A DNA stretch of 45,899 bases from Christensenella sp. UBA941 (GTDB lineage: Bacteria > Bacillota > Clostridia > Christensenellales > UBA941), in assembly GCA_002293365.1 (NCBI GenBank), contig DBDD01000179.1, positions 1-45,899 on the forward strand, read 5' to 3'. Of this stretch, positions 25,004-32,958 are shown piece by piece; positions within the stretch are counted from its first letter, which is position 1, and the number at the start of each line of letters is the position of its first letter. Under the pieces are notes generated by a model that saw only the letters and a list, made by a program, of their open reading frames with translations, was not told where the DNA came from and ran no database searches. A program made the translations under genes and the position numbers.

Positions 25004-26120
25004 TATTTGTTCTCCCTTCAATACGTGCCGCCCGGCGACTGCGTTTCTCAATCTCCGCGATACAAGCCAGAACCACATACGCCCACTGGGGTACAACGGC
25101 ATTCCCCAGTATCTTTAGCCGCTTTGGCCGCTGTTGCTTTACTTTGGTGACGCGCGGCGGCTCGTAGGCGTATTGCTCTTGTTTGCGCCCCGCCGGCCAT
25201 CTGTGCGCGTCCAGCCGATCGGATACCCCATGAGCAATTCCACCCAATCGGGATTCAACATGCCGCCCGCCCCGTAAACATCCGTCCGCAAGCTTCGCGA
25301 TTGCCCGCCGCCGTGGCTGCCCTTTGCGTCCGCTGCGTTTGGCGTCGCGTACATAAGCACGTTCCCCGGAAGAGTGTCGCGCTGTGCTTGTGATGGTGGG
25401 AGAGTCGCATTCTTCTCGTCCTGAGCCGTTGGGGTCGCCCATAGCGCCGCCGTCTGCAAGTCCTCTCCGCCCTGCCGCGTCTCCGTATTCGACGGGCCTT
25501 TCCCGCTTTGTGCGCGCGGCGTCGGCCACATCACCGCATGATGCAGGCTCACCGCATGGCGCTCCGTCGCCGTCTTCCGCCTGATCGAGCCGTTGCGGGC
25601 GTTCATCGTGTCGGGCGTGGGCCACGAGGCAGAGCCGGTCCCTTTTGTGCGGCGCACCAACGTCGGCAGCTCCGTACACACACCATCCAGCATCGTACCC
25701 CAGTTTGGCCAGCTCCCGGAGTATGTCTCCAAAGAGCCGTCCAGCATCAACTGACAATAACCCTGGTACGTTTTCCGCCATAAACCATCTTGGCCTAACA
25801 TCGCGAACGATTCGAAGGCATTCCGGCCAGCGATTACGCGGGTCAGCAGCCCCATTACGCTTTCCAGCAACCGAAGCACATTGACACGGCGGGCTGGCGA
25901 GGATGATATCGATTCCATTGGGATCAATGTTGTTTGCTCGCAATCTATCAAGAGTAACCTCCGTGTCGTGCTTAAATATGGGCTTGCCGGGATGACGCTG
26001 TTCCAAAAGCGCTCGGCATTGCGCGTCGCATTCGCACATAGCGGCGGTTTCGATGCCCGCCCAGCTCGCCGCCAGGGATAGGCCGTCGCAGCCGCCGGAG
26101 TAGAGGGAGAGGGCGATCAT
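24996..26120 (-). CDS. dcm: DNA (cytosine-5) methyltransferase (possibly frame-disrupted in its target-recognition region)
   Basis: The listed 374-aa frame carries motif I YSGGCDG, motif IV PPCQ, motif VI ENVPG, motif VIII APHKRDR and motif X LGNAVVPQ. Residues about 168-305 in this frame are Arg/Gly/Asp-rich low complexity. See the alternate-frame feature. Confidence 0.8.
   Translation of the reverse strand: MIALSLYSGGCDGLSLAASWAGIETAAMCECDAQCRALLEQRHPGKPIFKHDTEVTLDRLRANNIDPNGIDIILASPPCQCASVAGKRNGAADPRNRWPECLRIVRDVRPRWFMAENVPGLLSVDAGRLFGDILRELAKLGYDAGWCVYGAADVGAPHKRDRLCLVAHARHDERPQRLDQAEDGDGAPCGEPASCGDVADAARTKRERPVEYGDAAGRRGLADGGAMGDPNGSGREECDSPTITSTARHSSGERAYVRDAKRSGRKGQPRRRAIAKLADGCLRGGRHVESRLGGIAHGVSDRLDAHRWPAGRKQEQYAYEPPRVTKVKQQRPKRLKILGNAVVPQWAYVVLACIAEIEKRSRRAARIEGRTNNA
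25023..25037 (-). promoter_or_regulatory. GC-rich start-associated box
   Basis: This is the exact 15-mer acgtgccgcccggcg. It lies 19 nt before start 25003, inside the dcm 3' end. Confidence 0.5.
25208..25624 (-). other. Alternate-frame coding signal inside dcm: WPTP-type repeats plus an LNPxWVExLMGxPxGWT motif
   Basis: ORF 25139..25951 lies in a different frame from dcm. It contains four spaced repeats (SWPTPDTMNARNG, MWPTPRAQSGKG, LWATPTAQDEKN, MYATPNAADAKG) and then LNPDWVELLMGYPIGWT. In my recollection these are the hallmarks of the variable region and motif IX of phage-type C5-MTases. Confidence 0.5.
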
Positions 26121-27208
26121 ACCACCATCCTCATCTGATCGTCAGTAATCCCCGCCCTCGCCTTACGGCAATACTCATCGTACAGCTGACGATAACGATA
26201 GCTGTCGCCAAAAACGTTCCACGCGGCTTTTACAACGTTGGGCTCATAGGGCCGTATCTTCTCCAGGTCGCTCACGGCGCTTGCCGATATGGAGCACCCG
26301 CAGCAGCCCGTGCGCATCAAGCCGTAAACCTCGTAAGCGTCCGAATAGCGGATTTTATGATAAGCCTTATACCAACGCTTGTCCGCGTCCGAAACGTAGT
26401 AAAGGGGCCGGAGCCGATACTTTCCGTCGTCCTGCTGAGTAAAGCACAAGGACGTATTATCCTTGCGGGGGACCGACCGCATGCCGCCCTCATCCCGGCG
26501 CTCCCCCGTGATGATCATGTCAAAAGGTATCTGAGCAGTGTGGGCAACTTGCTTTTTGCAATAATCGCAGCATTTCGCGCTGATCGTAAACGGAATAGGA
26601 TTCTCCTTGATGAAATCCAGCATATACGGCGACGAGCCAATAACGAGCTGGATATCCGGGCGCGGCTCCCCGGCGGTATTACAACCGCAAAGGAAATTGA
26701 TTGTCGCTGTGCATTTCGGGTATCGTTCGCCCAGCTCCGCCCGCTTTGCCGCCTTATCCTCCGCGTTCGCGTATTCGTCCGCGATGGAAAGCGGAATATG
26801 CTTCTTCTGCACGCCTTCCAAACCCTTCGACATGATCTTGGATACAAACGGCTGCCCGTGTTTCCGCACGGCCTGGACGATGCCTATCTTCGGCCTATAC
26901 GTATGGATTTTTACGCCGTACAGCTTCGCCATATCGTGAACCTGGCGCTTCGTTGCATCCATCTCCAGGCCCGTGTTGAAAAAGCAGTATTCGACAGGAG
27001 CGAACATCGGAGACGTAGACCGTACCGTCTCAATCAGGTGCATCATGATGTCGCTGTCGCTTCCGCCGGAATAGGAGCATATCGCGTTCGGGTATTCCAC
27101 GAGCCGCCGCGTGATTATGCTTTTTATCGCCTCGAATTTGCGCGGCGCGTCGTAGTCGGCGTATAGAGGCCGGTCGGTGTAGACCTTGCTTTTGAATTCG
27201 GCTCTCAT
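26117..27208 (-). CDS. PP-loop ATP-pyrophosphatase / PAPS-reductase-like protein with a Cys-rich C-terminal part
   Basis: I moved the start to ATG 27208, which overlaps the upstream stop as ATGA. The sequence has the PP-loop CSYSGGSDSD and later Cys clusters (FLCGCN, CCDYCKK, TGCCGCS). It also overlaps the dcm start as ATGA. Confidence 0.6.
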   Translation of the reverse strand: MRAEFKSKVYTDRPLYADYDAPRKFEAIKSIITRRLVEYPNAICSYSGGSDSDIMMHLIETVRSTSPMFAPVEYCFFNTGLEMDATKRQVHDMAKLYGVKIHTYRPKIGIVQAVRKHGQPFVSKIMSKGLEGVQKKHIPLSIADEYANAEDKAAKRAELGERYPKCTATINFLCGCNTAGEPRPDIQLVIGSSPYMLDFIKENPIPFTISAKCCDYCKKQVAHTAQIPFDMIITGERRDEGGMRSVPRKDNTSLCFTQQDDGKYRLRPLYYVSDADKRWYKAYHKIRYSDAYEVYGLMRTGCCGCSISASAVSDLEKIRPYEPNVVKAAWNVFGDSYRYRQLYDEYCRKARAGITDDQMRMVV

Positions 27209-27555
27209 GCGCCCCACTCCAACAAATCCGCCCCCGCCATATCGCCCCAATCCGCCGCCTCGCCCGGCTCCTCGTCCAGCCAATTCCGCCCGAATATCTG
27301 CATGAACTCCTCGCGCGTTCCATGCACACGCTCAAAAGCGCGCTGTCCGTCGCATTTTAGGGCGTAATCTTTTTCGGCGTTATGATGCACGCCCCGCGGG
27401 GGCTCGTTATGCTCGTCGTGCGCAAGGTAGACGAACAGGCCGTATATCTCGCTCCATTTGCGGTTCGCGCCGCCGAAAACGTGATGCTTTTCAAGGCTAT
27501 CCGTCCGGCCCGAGAGGTAACTCTCACGCCCGTTTTGCATGATACTTTTTTTCAT
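27205..27555 (-). CDS. Conserved phage protein, unknown function
   Basis: The 116-aa ORF has GAGG upstream. The pattern HHVFGGANRKWSEIYGLFVYL...GVHHN...LK..GQRAFE...GTREEFMQIFGRNWL recurs in Firmicutes phages as far as I recall. The Zn-ligand positions appear degenerate here. Confidence 0.4.
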   Translation of the reverse strand: MKKSIMQNGRESYLSGRTDSLEKHHVFGGANRKWSEIYGLFVYLAHDEHNEPPRGVHHNAEKDYALKCDGQRAFERVHGTREEFMQIFGRNWLDEEPGEAADWGDMAGADLLEWGA

Positions 27556-27775
27556 CTTCGACCTCGTATTTTCTCAACAGCGCCGCCGCAAAGGGGCAAC
27601 GGGCATAGTGGAAGGTGTTGCAGTTCTGCTCCTGAAAGCGTGATTTATCCTCATGCGTAGTGAAGCGCATCAAGTTATCCGCCCCGGAGATAATTCCCTC
27701 GCACGTTATACTGCAAGGGGTTTCGCAGAGATAGAATGGGCATTTGGCATTCGCAGCGTTCGGATGATTCGCCAT
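27524..27775 (-). CDS. Small Cys-rich phage protein
   Basis: I moved the start to ATG 27775 (MANHPNAANAKCPFYLCETPCSITCEG...C..C). Confidence 0.4.
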   Translation of the reverse strand: MANHPNAANAKCPFYLCETPCSITCEGIISGADNLMRFTTHEDKSRFQEQNCNTFHYARCPFAAALLRKYEVEDEKKYHAKRA

Positions 27776-27776
27776 A

Positions 27777-28670
27777 TCAAACGCCCTTCCGAGCGCGTTT
27801 AGCATCGCGGCGCTTCGTCATCTCTTTGATTGCCTCCTCGGGAGCCATGCCCCCAATTCTGCCGTTCATCACGTCGTTGTAATAGTCAAAGGCTCCTAGT
27901 TCCTCCGGCGTGTCGATCTCCCATATACTCCACTCCTGGAGGATTTTCGCGATGTAGCCGAAGGGCGAGTTTGCCCCGTTTACAGCGGCCTTCTGTATCG
28001 CGTCGGCGATAATCTTGGTTTTATTGCTCATAATGGCCGCGCTGGTAAGCCGCTCCGCCTCGGCGGGCGTAGGGTTGCGCCCGAATGAAGCCAAAAAGGT
28101 GCTTCTGACAATTCGGTCGGCTTCGGCATACTGCGCTTCCCGCAGAGCCTCGACATCCTCGCGCGTGCGCGCGGTATCGTCTACGTCATCTTCTTCATCG
28201 TCTATGGTACGGTACGGTACGGTAGCCGCGTTACTTGCGTTACATCCGTCCGTTACGTAACGCTCTTGTAACGCGTTACCGCCATCCGTTTCGCTGCGGT
28301 TCCTATCCCGAAATTTCTGTACGCGCCGCCGGGTTTGTGACCGTATCGTCTCCCGCTTTGCTAAAAGCATCTCAACATGCTCGTCCCAATCGTGGATAAT
28401 CAAGGCGTCTTCCGCTTGGTCGAGCAATCCGACCACCACAAGGGCGTTGATTAAGCGATCCGGCTTGCCTTTGTAGCGCATGACCTCGGCGATGGTTTTT
28501 CGGTCGCGCATTGCGAATACGCCGGTATCCCTGTGTGTGATTGCCCAGGTCCATAGGCGTATAAGCTTTCCGACGATCAAGTCTTTATCGAGTTGCAACT
28601 CGTCAGACAGGGCTAATACCTTTCGATGATCGGGCAGCGATATACAAACCTCTATCCATGGTTCTGCCAA
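27777..28670 (-). CDS. Replisome organiser / DnaD-domain replication protein
   Basis: The N-terminal region (KLIRLWTWAITH..) resembles a phage replisome organiser. An acidic linker follows. The C-terminal segment TPAEAERL...SPFGYIAKILQEWSIWEIDTPEEL is DnaD/DnaB_2-like. The start is TTG with GAGGGGG upstream. Confidence 0.6.
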   Translation of the reverse strand: MAEPWIEVCISLPDHRKVLALSDELQLDKDLIVGKLIRLWTWAITHRDTGVFAMRDRKTIAEVMRYKGKPDRLINALVVVGLLDQAEDALIIHDWDEHVEMLLAKRETIRSQTRRRVQKFRDRNRSETDGGNALQERYVTDGCNASNAATVPYRTIDDEEDDVDDTARTREDVEALREAQYAEADRIVRSTFLASFGRNPTPAEAERLTSAAIMSNKTKIIADAIQKAAVNGANSPFGYIAKILQEWSIWEIDTPEELGAFDYYNDVMNGRIGGMAPEEAIKEMTKRRDAKRARKGV

Positions 28671-28682
28671 TATATCGCCCCC

Positions 28683-29042
28683 TCACGCTTGCCGCCCCGC
28701 GAGGTAGGTTTCGATGATATGCGCAAGGCCAGCTTGTAAAGTGTCGTAGCCGTCGCGCCGCAAAGCGAGTTGCAACCGCTCTAATTGCGTTTTTGATACC
28801 CGGCACTGTACACGGACAGGCAAGCGGCGTCTGTCTGGTCTGCGCGGCGCTGGGGTCGTTTTTACAAACGCCTCTTCTAGCATCCGTTCGGCTTCATTTA
28901 CAAGGCGAATCCCGTATTCCTCCGGGTGTTCCACCTTGCTATGCAGCGCCTTATCGTACTTAGGGAATTGTTCGCGCAAAACCTCGACGCATTGCTTTGC
29001 CATGAGGCCGCGTTCTTCTCTGAATGCCTTAACGTCCAACAT
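28683..29042 (-). CDS. Hypothetical early protein (119 aa)
   Basis: The ORF has GGAAGGAG upstream. The C-terminal part could be ribbon-helix-helix-like (VSKTQLERLQLALRRDGYDTLQAGLAHIIETYL). Confidence 0.4.
   Translation of the reverse strand: MLDVKAFREERGLMAKQCVEVLREQFPKYDKALHSKVEHPEEYGIRLVNEAERMLEEAFVKTTPAPRRPDRRRLPVRVQCRVSKTQLERLQLALRRDGYDTLQAGLAHIIETYLAGRQA
28687..28701 (-). promoter_or_regulatory. GC-rich start-associated box (variant)
   Basis: The plus strand reads gcttgccgccccgcg. It lies 16 nt before start 28670. Confidence 0.4.
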
Positions 29043-29060
29043 GCGTGTGCGCTCCTTCCT

Positions 29061-29864
29061 TTATAGAATCAACCCCTCCGGGAACTGTTGTATGAAGTCA
29101 TCGCCCATGAGGCTGCGCAAGCTTTCTTTCATGAAAATAGGAATGCTTTCACGGAGGCAGAGATTAAGAACCTCCTCAACCCATTTACGCTCCGGCTGAT
29201 GCTTATCCGCGCCCTGCCCTGTCATAGCTCCGATGATAATCCAGCCCCAAACCTCCAATGCGCTTAGGGTATTGCGGTCTATTGGCGTAAGCATTGGCTC
29301 GATTGATAAGAAGGAATGGCTGTAGTAATCTGACGCGCCCCATTCATACTCCGTGTCTGCTCCCGTTCGCGTTGTCCCATACCAAAAGTTCTCTATATGA
29401 GGCAGAAGGCCGGACTGCTCGTAACGCGATCCGTTTTTAGTCAGGAAGAGATACTTGTGTTGCGGGGCGGCGGAGCAGGCGGCGAAGACTTCCTTTATCC
29501 ATGAATCAGGAACCCATTCGCCGAAAAGGTCACACATGCTCCCGACAAATATGCGCTGTGGCTGCTTTTTGCGGGCGGGTTCGCCCATGCGGTAGCGGTG
29601 TAGGGTTGGCGCGAAACCAAAGGGATATGCGGCTTTGCTGTACCAATTGTCTTTATTCTTGCGTAATTGCGGTTCATCAAGCACAAAAGGAGGTTCAAAT
29701 GCGCTGTCTTTATATTTTGAAATGAACATTCCTTTTTCGATTCCGTATCCGCCTCCCTTGAAACGTTGCGCAATACTGCGCGCGTAACAGTAAGGGCAGT
29801 TGTGTAAGCAGCCGGTGACAGGATTCCAGGACATATCCGCCCAGTCTATTTTCGTTTTATTCAT
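29061..29864 (-). CDS. Phage Gp37/Gp68 family protein (DUF5131), CX3CX2C motif
   Basis: The sequence MNKTKIDWADMSWNPVTGCLHNCPYCYA is the characteristic N-terminus of the family. I preferred ATG 29864 (GGTGAGG upstream) over the listed GTG. Confidence 0.7.
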   Translation of the reverse strand: MNKTKIDWADMSWNPVTGCLHNCPYCYARSIAQRFKGGGYGIEKGMFISKYKDSAFEPPFVLDEPQLRKNKDNWYSKAAYPFGFAPTLHRYRMGEPARKKQPQRIFVGSMCDLFGEWVPDSWIKEVFAACSAAPQHKYLFLTKNGSRYEQSGLLPHIENFWYGTTRTGADTEYEWGASDYYSHSFLSIEPMLTPIDRNTLSALEVWGWIIIGAMTGQGADKHQPERKWVEEVLNLCLRESIPIFMKESLRSLMGDDFIQQFPEGLIL

Positions 29865-30396
29865 GGCCGACCTCACCGTCGAGCCCGAACGCCCATTTAG
29901 AACATTCGGCGCAAGCGCTATGATCCCGCTCCACTTCTACGCAATCCCGACCGTACATGCATGTGTTAGGCAGACGCGCATATTTTCTGACAGCTTGCAA
30001 AAGCAGAGCGTTTTCATCAGCTTGGCGCTCTATCGTATCCAGTAGCTCCGGTAGCGCGTTTCGCGCAGCAACCATGATAATTGCGTCGGGATGGTCGATA
30101 TAATCGTCAAACCCGTCGTGATGCTCCTTGCCGGGATAAGACCTGGCGAGCTTATCGGCGCGTACCATACCGCGACCACGCCTTTCGCCGACGGGCCCGT
30201 CATACTTTTCGTAAACCTGAAACACCGGGCAAGCGTCGCTCATACCCCATCTGGCGAACTGCATCACGTAATACATGCCGCTGTGTGTGGTGACGATCTG
30301 CGCCAATTTACAGCCTGTACGCATATCCCACATCCAAGGACCCGGCGTGGCGGCGCGTTCTTGCTCCCGAAGAGCCTTAAATTCCGTATTATTCAT
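29857..30396 (-). CDS. Ead/Ea22-like early protein
   Basis: An ATPGPW motif lies near the N-terminus and a Cys cluster near the C-terminus. The call is weak. Confidence 0.35.
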   Translation of the reverse strand: MNNTEFKALREQERAATPGPWMWDMRTGCKLAQIVTTHSGMYYVMQFARWGMSDACPVFQVYEKYDGPVGERRGRGMVRADKLARSYPGKEHHDGFDDYIDHPDAIIMVAARNALPELLDTIERQADENALLLQAVRKYARLPNTCMYGRDCVEVERDHSACAECSKWAFGLDGEVGHE

Positions 30397-31150
30397 CGCG
30401 CTTACCCCGCTTGCGAACCTTGATGATACGCGTCTTTACCATCGTGCCGCTCTCGGAAAAAGCGCCTGCGGGCAGCTCATGGATTTCAGCGCCGACTACT
30501 TCGAGCCATGTGCGGAATACGACCGACTTTTTATTCGTTCTGAAAAACGGGCTCTCGCTGACGATTGAGACGAGGATTCCGCCGGGCTCCAACAAGCGGA
30601 AGGCGTGATAGATGTGGTCTATATCCTGTTGTCGGGAAAACGGCGGGTTCATAACGATTCTGGGATAATGCATACTTATTTCAGGGTCGAGACGCAGGAA
30701 GTCGTCACAATATACAGGGTACGGCTTTCCGGCATGCCGTTTCGCCATCTCGAAATTAATTTCAAGGCAAGTAACATTTTTTATGCGCTCGTATATAACG
30801 TCCGCTAAATCACACTCTCCGCACGACGGCTCCAGCACGGCGCGCGCTGCCTCTAGCCTCGCCATGTCGCACATCCGCTCTGCAATTGGGCGCGGCGTAG
30901 GAAAGAACTGAAAAACCTTCTTCGCATCGACTACCTCGCCGGATACGACGAGCGCGTCTAGCAGCTCGGCGGGGTCTTCATCGAACACATGGCCCTTCGC
31001 TTTGCGATTCCACTTGCCGCCGATGCTTTCGAGGCACTTATTAACCGCCTCGTAGGTTTTGCGTTCTAACTGCCCCTCGGGTAGATAGGCGACATTGCCG
31101 TCGGTCCGGCAATTCGATAAAATATTAAGAATATTATCAGGTATTCTCAT
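30389..31150 (-). CDS. SAM-dependent DNA N6-adenine methyltransferase (orphan)
   Basis: The sequence has motif I VLEPSCGECD and motif IV MNPPFS. No adjacent restriction gene is present. Confidence 0.65.
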   Translation of the reverse strand: MRIPDNILNILSNCRTDGNVAYLPEGQLERKTYEAVNKCLESIGGKWNRKAKGHVFDEDPAELLDALVVSGEVVDAKKVFQFFPTPRPIAERMCDMARLEAARAVLEPSCGECDLADVIYERIKNVTCLEINFEMAKRHAGKPYPVYCDDFLRLDPEISMHYPRIVMNPPFSRQQDIDHIYHAFRLLEPGGILVSIVSESPFFRTNKKSVVFRTWLEVVGAEIHELPAGAFSESGTMVKTRIIKVRKRGKRDE

Positions 31151-31175
31151 AGCTCCTCCAAATTTCGGGTTATTA

Positions 31176-31196
31176 CCCGCCCCACAAGGGGGCGGG
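31176..31196 (-). other. GC-rich stem-loop between two early genes
   Basis: CCCGCCCC-5 nt-GGGGCGGG forms a perfect 8-bp stem. It has no U-tract, so terminator function is uncertain. Confidence 0.35.
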
Positions 31197-31207
31197 ATTG
31201 CGCGATA

Positions 31208-31912
31208 TTAGATACAGAAGCACAGGTGCACGCGAATGGCGGTGCCCGCGGCGGAGGAGTAGCGCGGAATGCCGTAGTAGTTGACATAGCAGAAGTTGGA
31301 TGCCGACCCGGCCAGCGAACGCGTCCAATACCAATCGTATTCTCCCGAATCGTTGCGCCGTCTTCTGTCGGCGGATGTAGCGAAAACTTCGTATCTCTCG
31401 CCGTCCTCGAAATTCGACCAGACAGCGGAGCCGAACATTTCACTCTCTGAGGGCAGAAATAGCTTGTCCTCCGTGATTATGGGCTCGCCGTCGCTGGTGT
31501 GCGTGGTTTTTTGAATAGTACGAATGAATTGCTTAAGCTCGTCCGGCATTTCATTGAAATACTCCGAATTAAGCCATTCGCGCAGCTCGGTATCTACCCA
31601 GCCTCTCTCGCACGCGCCGCTGTGCATACGGCGCTCGATGAGCAAGGCTTTAGCCATGACAGTAATTGTGGGCCACGCATAGTCTTCCGCGTCACAATCG
31701 CGGTCAAAGCCAATAATTTCAAGCTCGTAGCCTGCCGCGCTGATGATATCGTGCAGGGCGAAACTGTCGCGCGCCTTCCCGGCCTTGACGATCTCGCTGA
31801 CTTCGGCGATGGTGTATTCGTCGGCGGACTTCGGGCACGCGAATCCGAGCTCCCTTAATTGTGCCTTCGTAAGCTCGGTTTTGTTGCCGTTGATACTGAG
31901 ATAGTTTTCCAT
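31208..31912 (-). CDS. DUF6273-like protein
   Basis: The segments ..WVDTELREWLNSEYFNEMP..DKLFLPSESEMFG..DWYWTRSL...FCYVNYYG....GTAIRVHLCFCI follow the W..s.lR.WLN / LLS..E / WWLRS / G(V/I)RP pattern of that family. Confidence 0.45.
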   Translation of the reverse strand: MENYLSINGNKTELTKAQLRELGFACPKSADEYTIAEVSEIVKAGKARDSFALHDIISAAGYELEIIGFDRDCDAEDYAWPTITVMAKALLIERRMHSGACERGWVDTELREWLNSEYFNEMPDELKQFIRTIQKTTHTSDGEPIITEDKLFLPSESEMFGSAVWSNFEDGERYEVFATSADRRRRNDSGEYDWYWTRSLAGSASNFCYVNYYGIPRYSSAAGTAIRVHLCFCI

Positions 31913-31993
31913 AGATACCCTCCTTAAAATAATTAGTGTTACGCCCGGTTACGCATTTTCGAAATAGATTCAATCACCTCCGAAACATGTTTC

Positions 31994-32200
31994 TCATTGC
32001 AACACCTTTGAGGGTGTGAGCATTTTGTTCGCCTTTATCTGACCGGCGAGCAGCAATACGACATCGGCAAGCAGCGTTTTTTCGCCCTTCTCCATTTTCC
32101 TGTGTAGCTCTACCACTACTGGCGGACAGGCCGCTAGGAGCTCTGATGGTGCAACGGGCATTGCTAGGTGTTCGGTTACGCGCGTGTACAGATCAATCAT
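31994..32200 (-). CDS. Hypothetical small early protein (68 aa)
   Basis: The ORF has AAAGGAGAGG upstream and is preceded by a GC-rich start-associated box. Confidence 0.4.
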   Translation of the reverse strand: MIDLYTRVTEHLAMPVAPSELLAACPPVVVELHRKMEKGEKTLLADVVLLLAGQIKANKMLTPSKVLQ

Positions 32201-32214
32201 GGATACCTCTCCTT

Positions 32215-32229
32215 TCTTGCCGCCCGGCG
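32215..32229 (-). promoter_or_regulatory. GC-rich start-associated box (variant)
   Basis: The plus strand reads tcttgccgcccggcg. It lies 14 nt before start 32200. Confidence 0.45.
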
Positions 32230-32243
32230 CGAGCGATAATGAT

Positions 32244-32441
32244 TTAAGTCGCGTACTGCTCCGCCATCATTGCTTCCTTGATGCGCTTCGCAGCTCTCTC
32301 TGGCGACATGCCAGTCATAACGCGCACAAGCGAATCGCTATATTCGTCATCTGTGACCTCATATGTCCCGATGACCTCGCGTCCGATTTCCTCGCCTGTA
32401 CGCCTGTCAAAAATGACGCGTAGTTTATGCATTTTTTTCAT
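32244..32441 (-). CDS. Hypothetical small early protein (65 aa)
   Basis: I moved the start to ATG 32441 (MKKMHKLRVIF...), which has GGAGG upstream and is preceded by a GC-rich box. Confidence 0.4.
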   Translation of the reverse strand: MKKMHKLRVIFDRRTGEEIGREVIGTYEVTDDEYSDSLVRVMTGMSPERAAKRIKEAMMAEQYAT

Positions 32442-32464
32442 TGCGAGCCTCCATTGTTCATAAA

Positions 32465-32479
32465 ACATGCCGCCCGGCG
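32465..32479 (-). promoter_or_regulatory. GC-rich start-associated box with 5' extension
   Basis: The plus strand reads acatgccgcccggcg. It lies 23 nt before start 32441. On the minus strand it is preceded by AGCGCGAACGCGCAC. Confidence 0.5.
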
Positions 32480-32514
32480 TGCGCGTTCGCGCTCTAAACT
32501 CGAATTGCTGTTCC

Positions 32515-32856
32515 CTAGCATCTTCTCGCAACAATCCTGAACTGGCGAGGCAGTGGCGCGGTATGCTTCTTCCTGTGCGCCCAGCGCGCTAAAGAACGGA
32601 CGTGTATCTTTTTATCCGGTGAAGCCGTAACATCGCCGCGTTCGAGCATACCGTTGATTTTGGCTATGCCGCAGCCGAGAATGCGCGCCGCTTTTGTAAT
32701 AGGAATACATTCGCCATGCTGTTTCACCCAAAGCTCCTCGTCTGGCGCGGGGCCGTTTTCGATAATGTCTACGGCTATCGGCTTAAATGCGTCTATGGCG
32801 TCCATAAGGACGGCGGCGGCGCGTACAATCTCTTCTTGGCTGTATGTCATGGACAT
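32515..32856 (-). CDS. Small HTH-containing early protein
   Basis: The segment PITKAARILGCGIAKINGMLERGDV is HTH-like. GGAGGGAGGAG lies upstream, and the gene is preceded by a GC-rich box. Confidence 0.4.
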   Translation of the reverse strand: MSMTYSQEEIVRAAAVLMDAIDAFKPIAVDIIENGPAPDEELWVKQHGECIPITKAARILGCGIAKINGMLERGDVTASPDKKIHVRSLARWAHRKKHTAPLPRQFRIVARRC

Positions 32857-32880
32857 CGCTGTGGCTCCTCCCTCCGTATA

Positions 32881-32895
32881 ACGTGCCGCCCGGCG
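32881..32895 (-). promoter_or_regulatory. GC-rich start-associated box
   Basis: This is the exact 15-mer acgtgccgcccggcg. It lies 24 nt before start 32856. Confidence 0.5.
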
Positions 32896-32958
32896 GCGAT
32901 GTATCTATGGTCAACGCTTTTCGAAGCGTGGTATACTTTCTGAAAAAGCAGGTGTGCC

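Noticed and set aside
25139-25951. Treating the 270-aa alternate-frame ORF as an ordinary independent gene
   Set aside because: It has no SD at its ATG and lies wholly inside dcm. I kept it as a finding (frame anomaly) rather than annotating it as a separate CDS.
26357-27166. 269-aa plus-strand ORF
   Set aside because: It is antisense to the PP-loop/PAPS-reductase-like gene, which carries clear family motifs.
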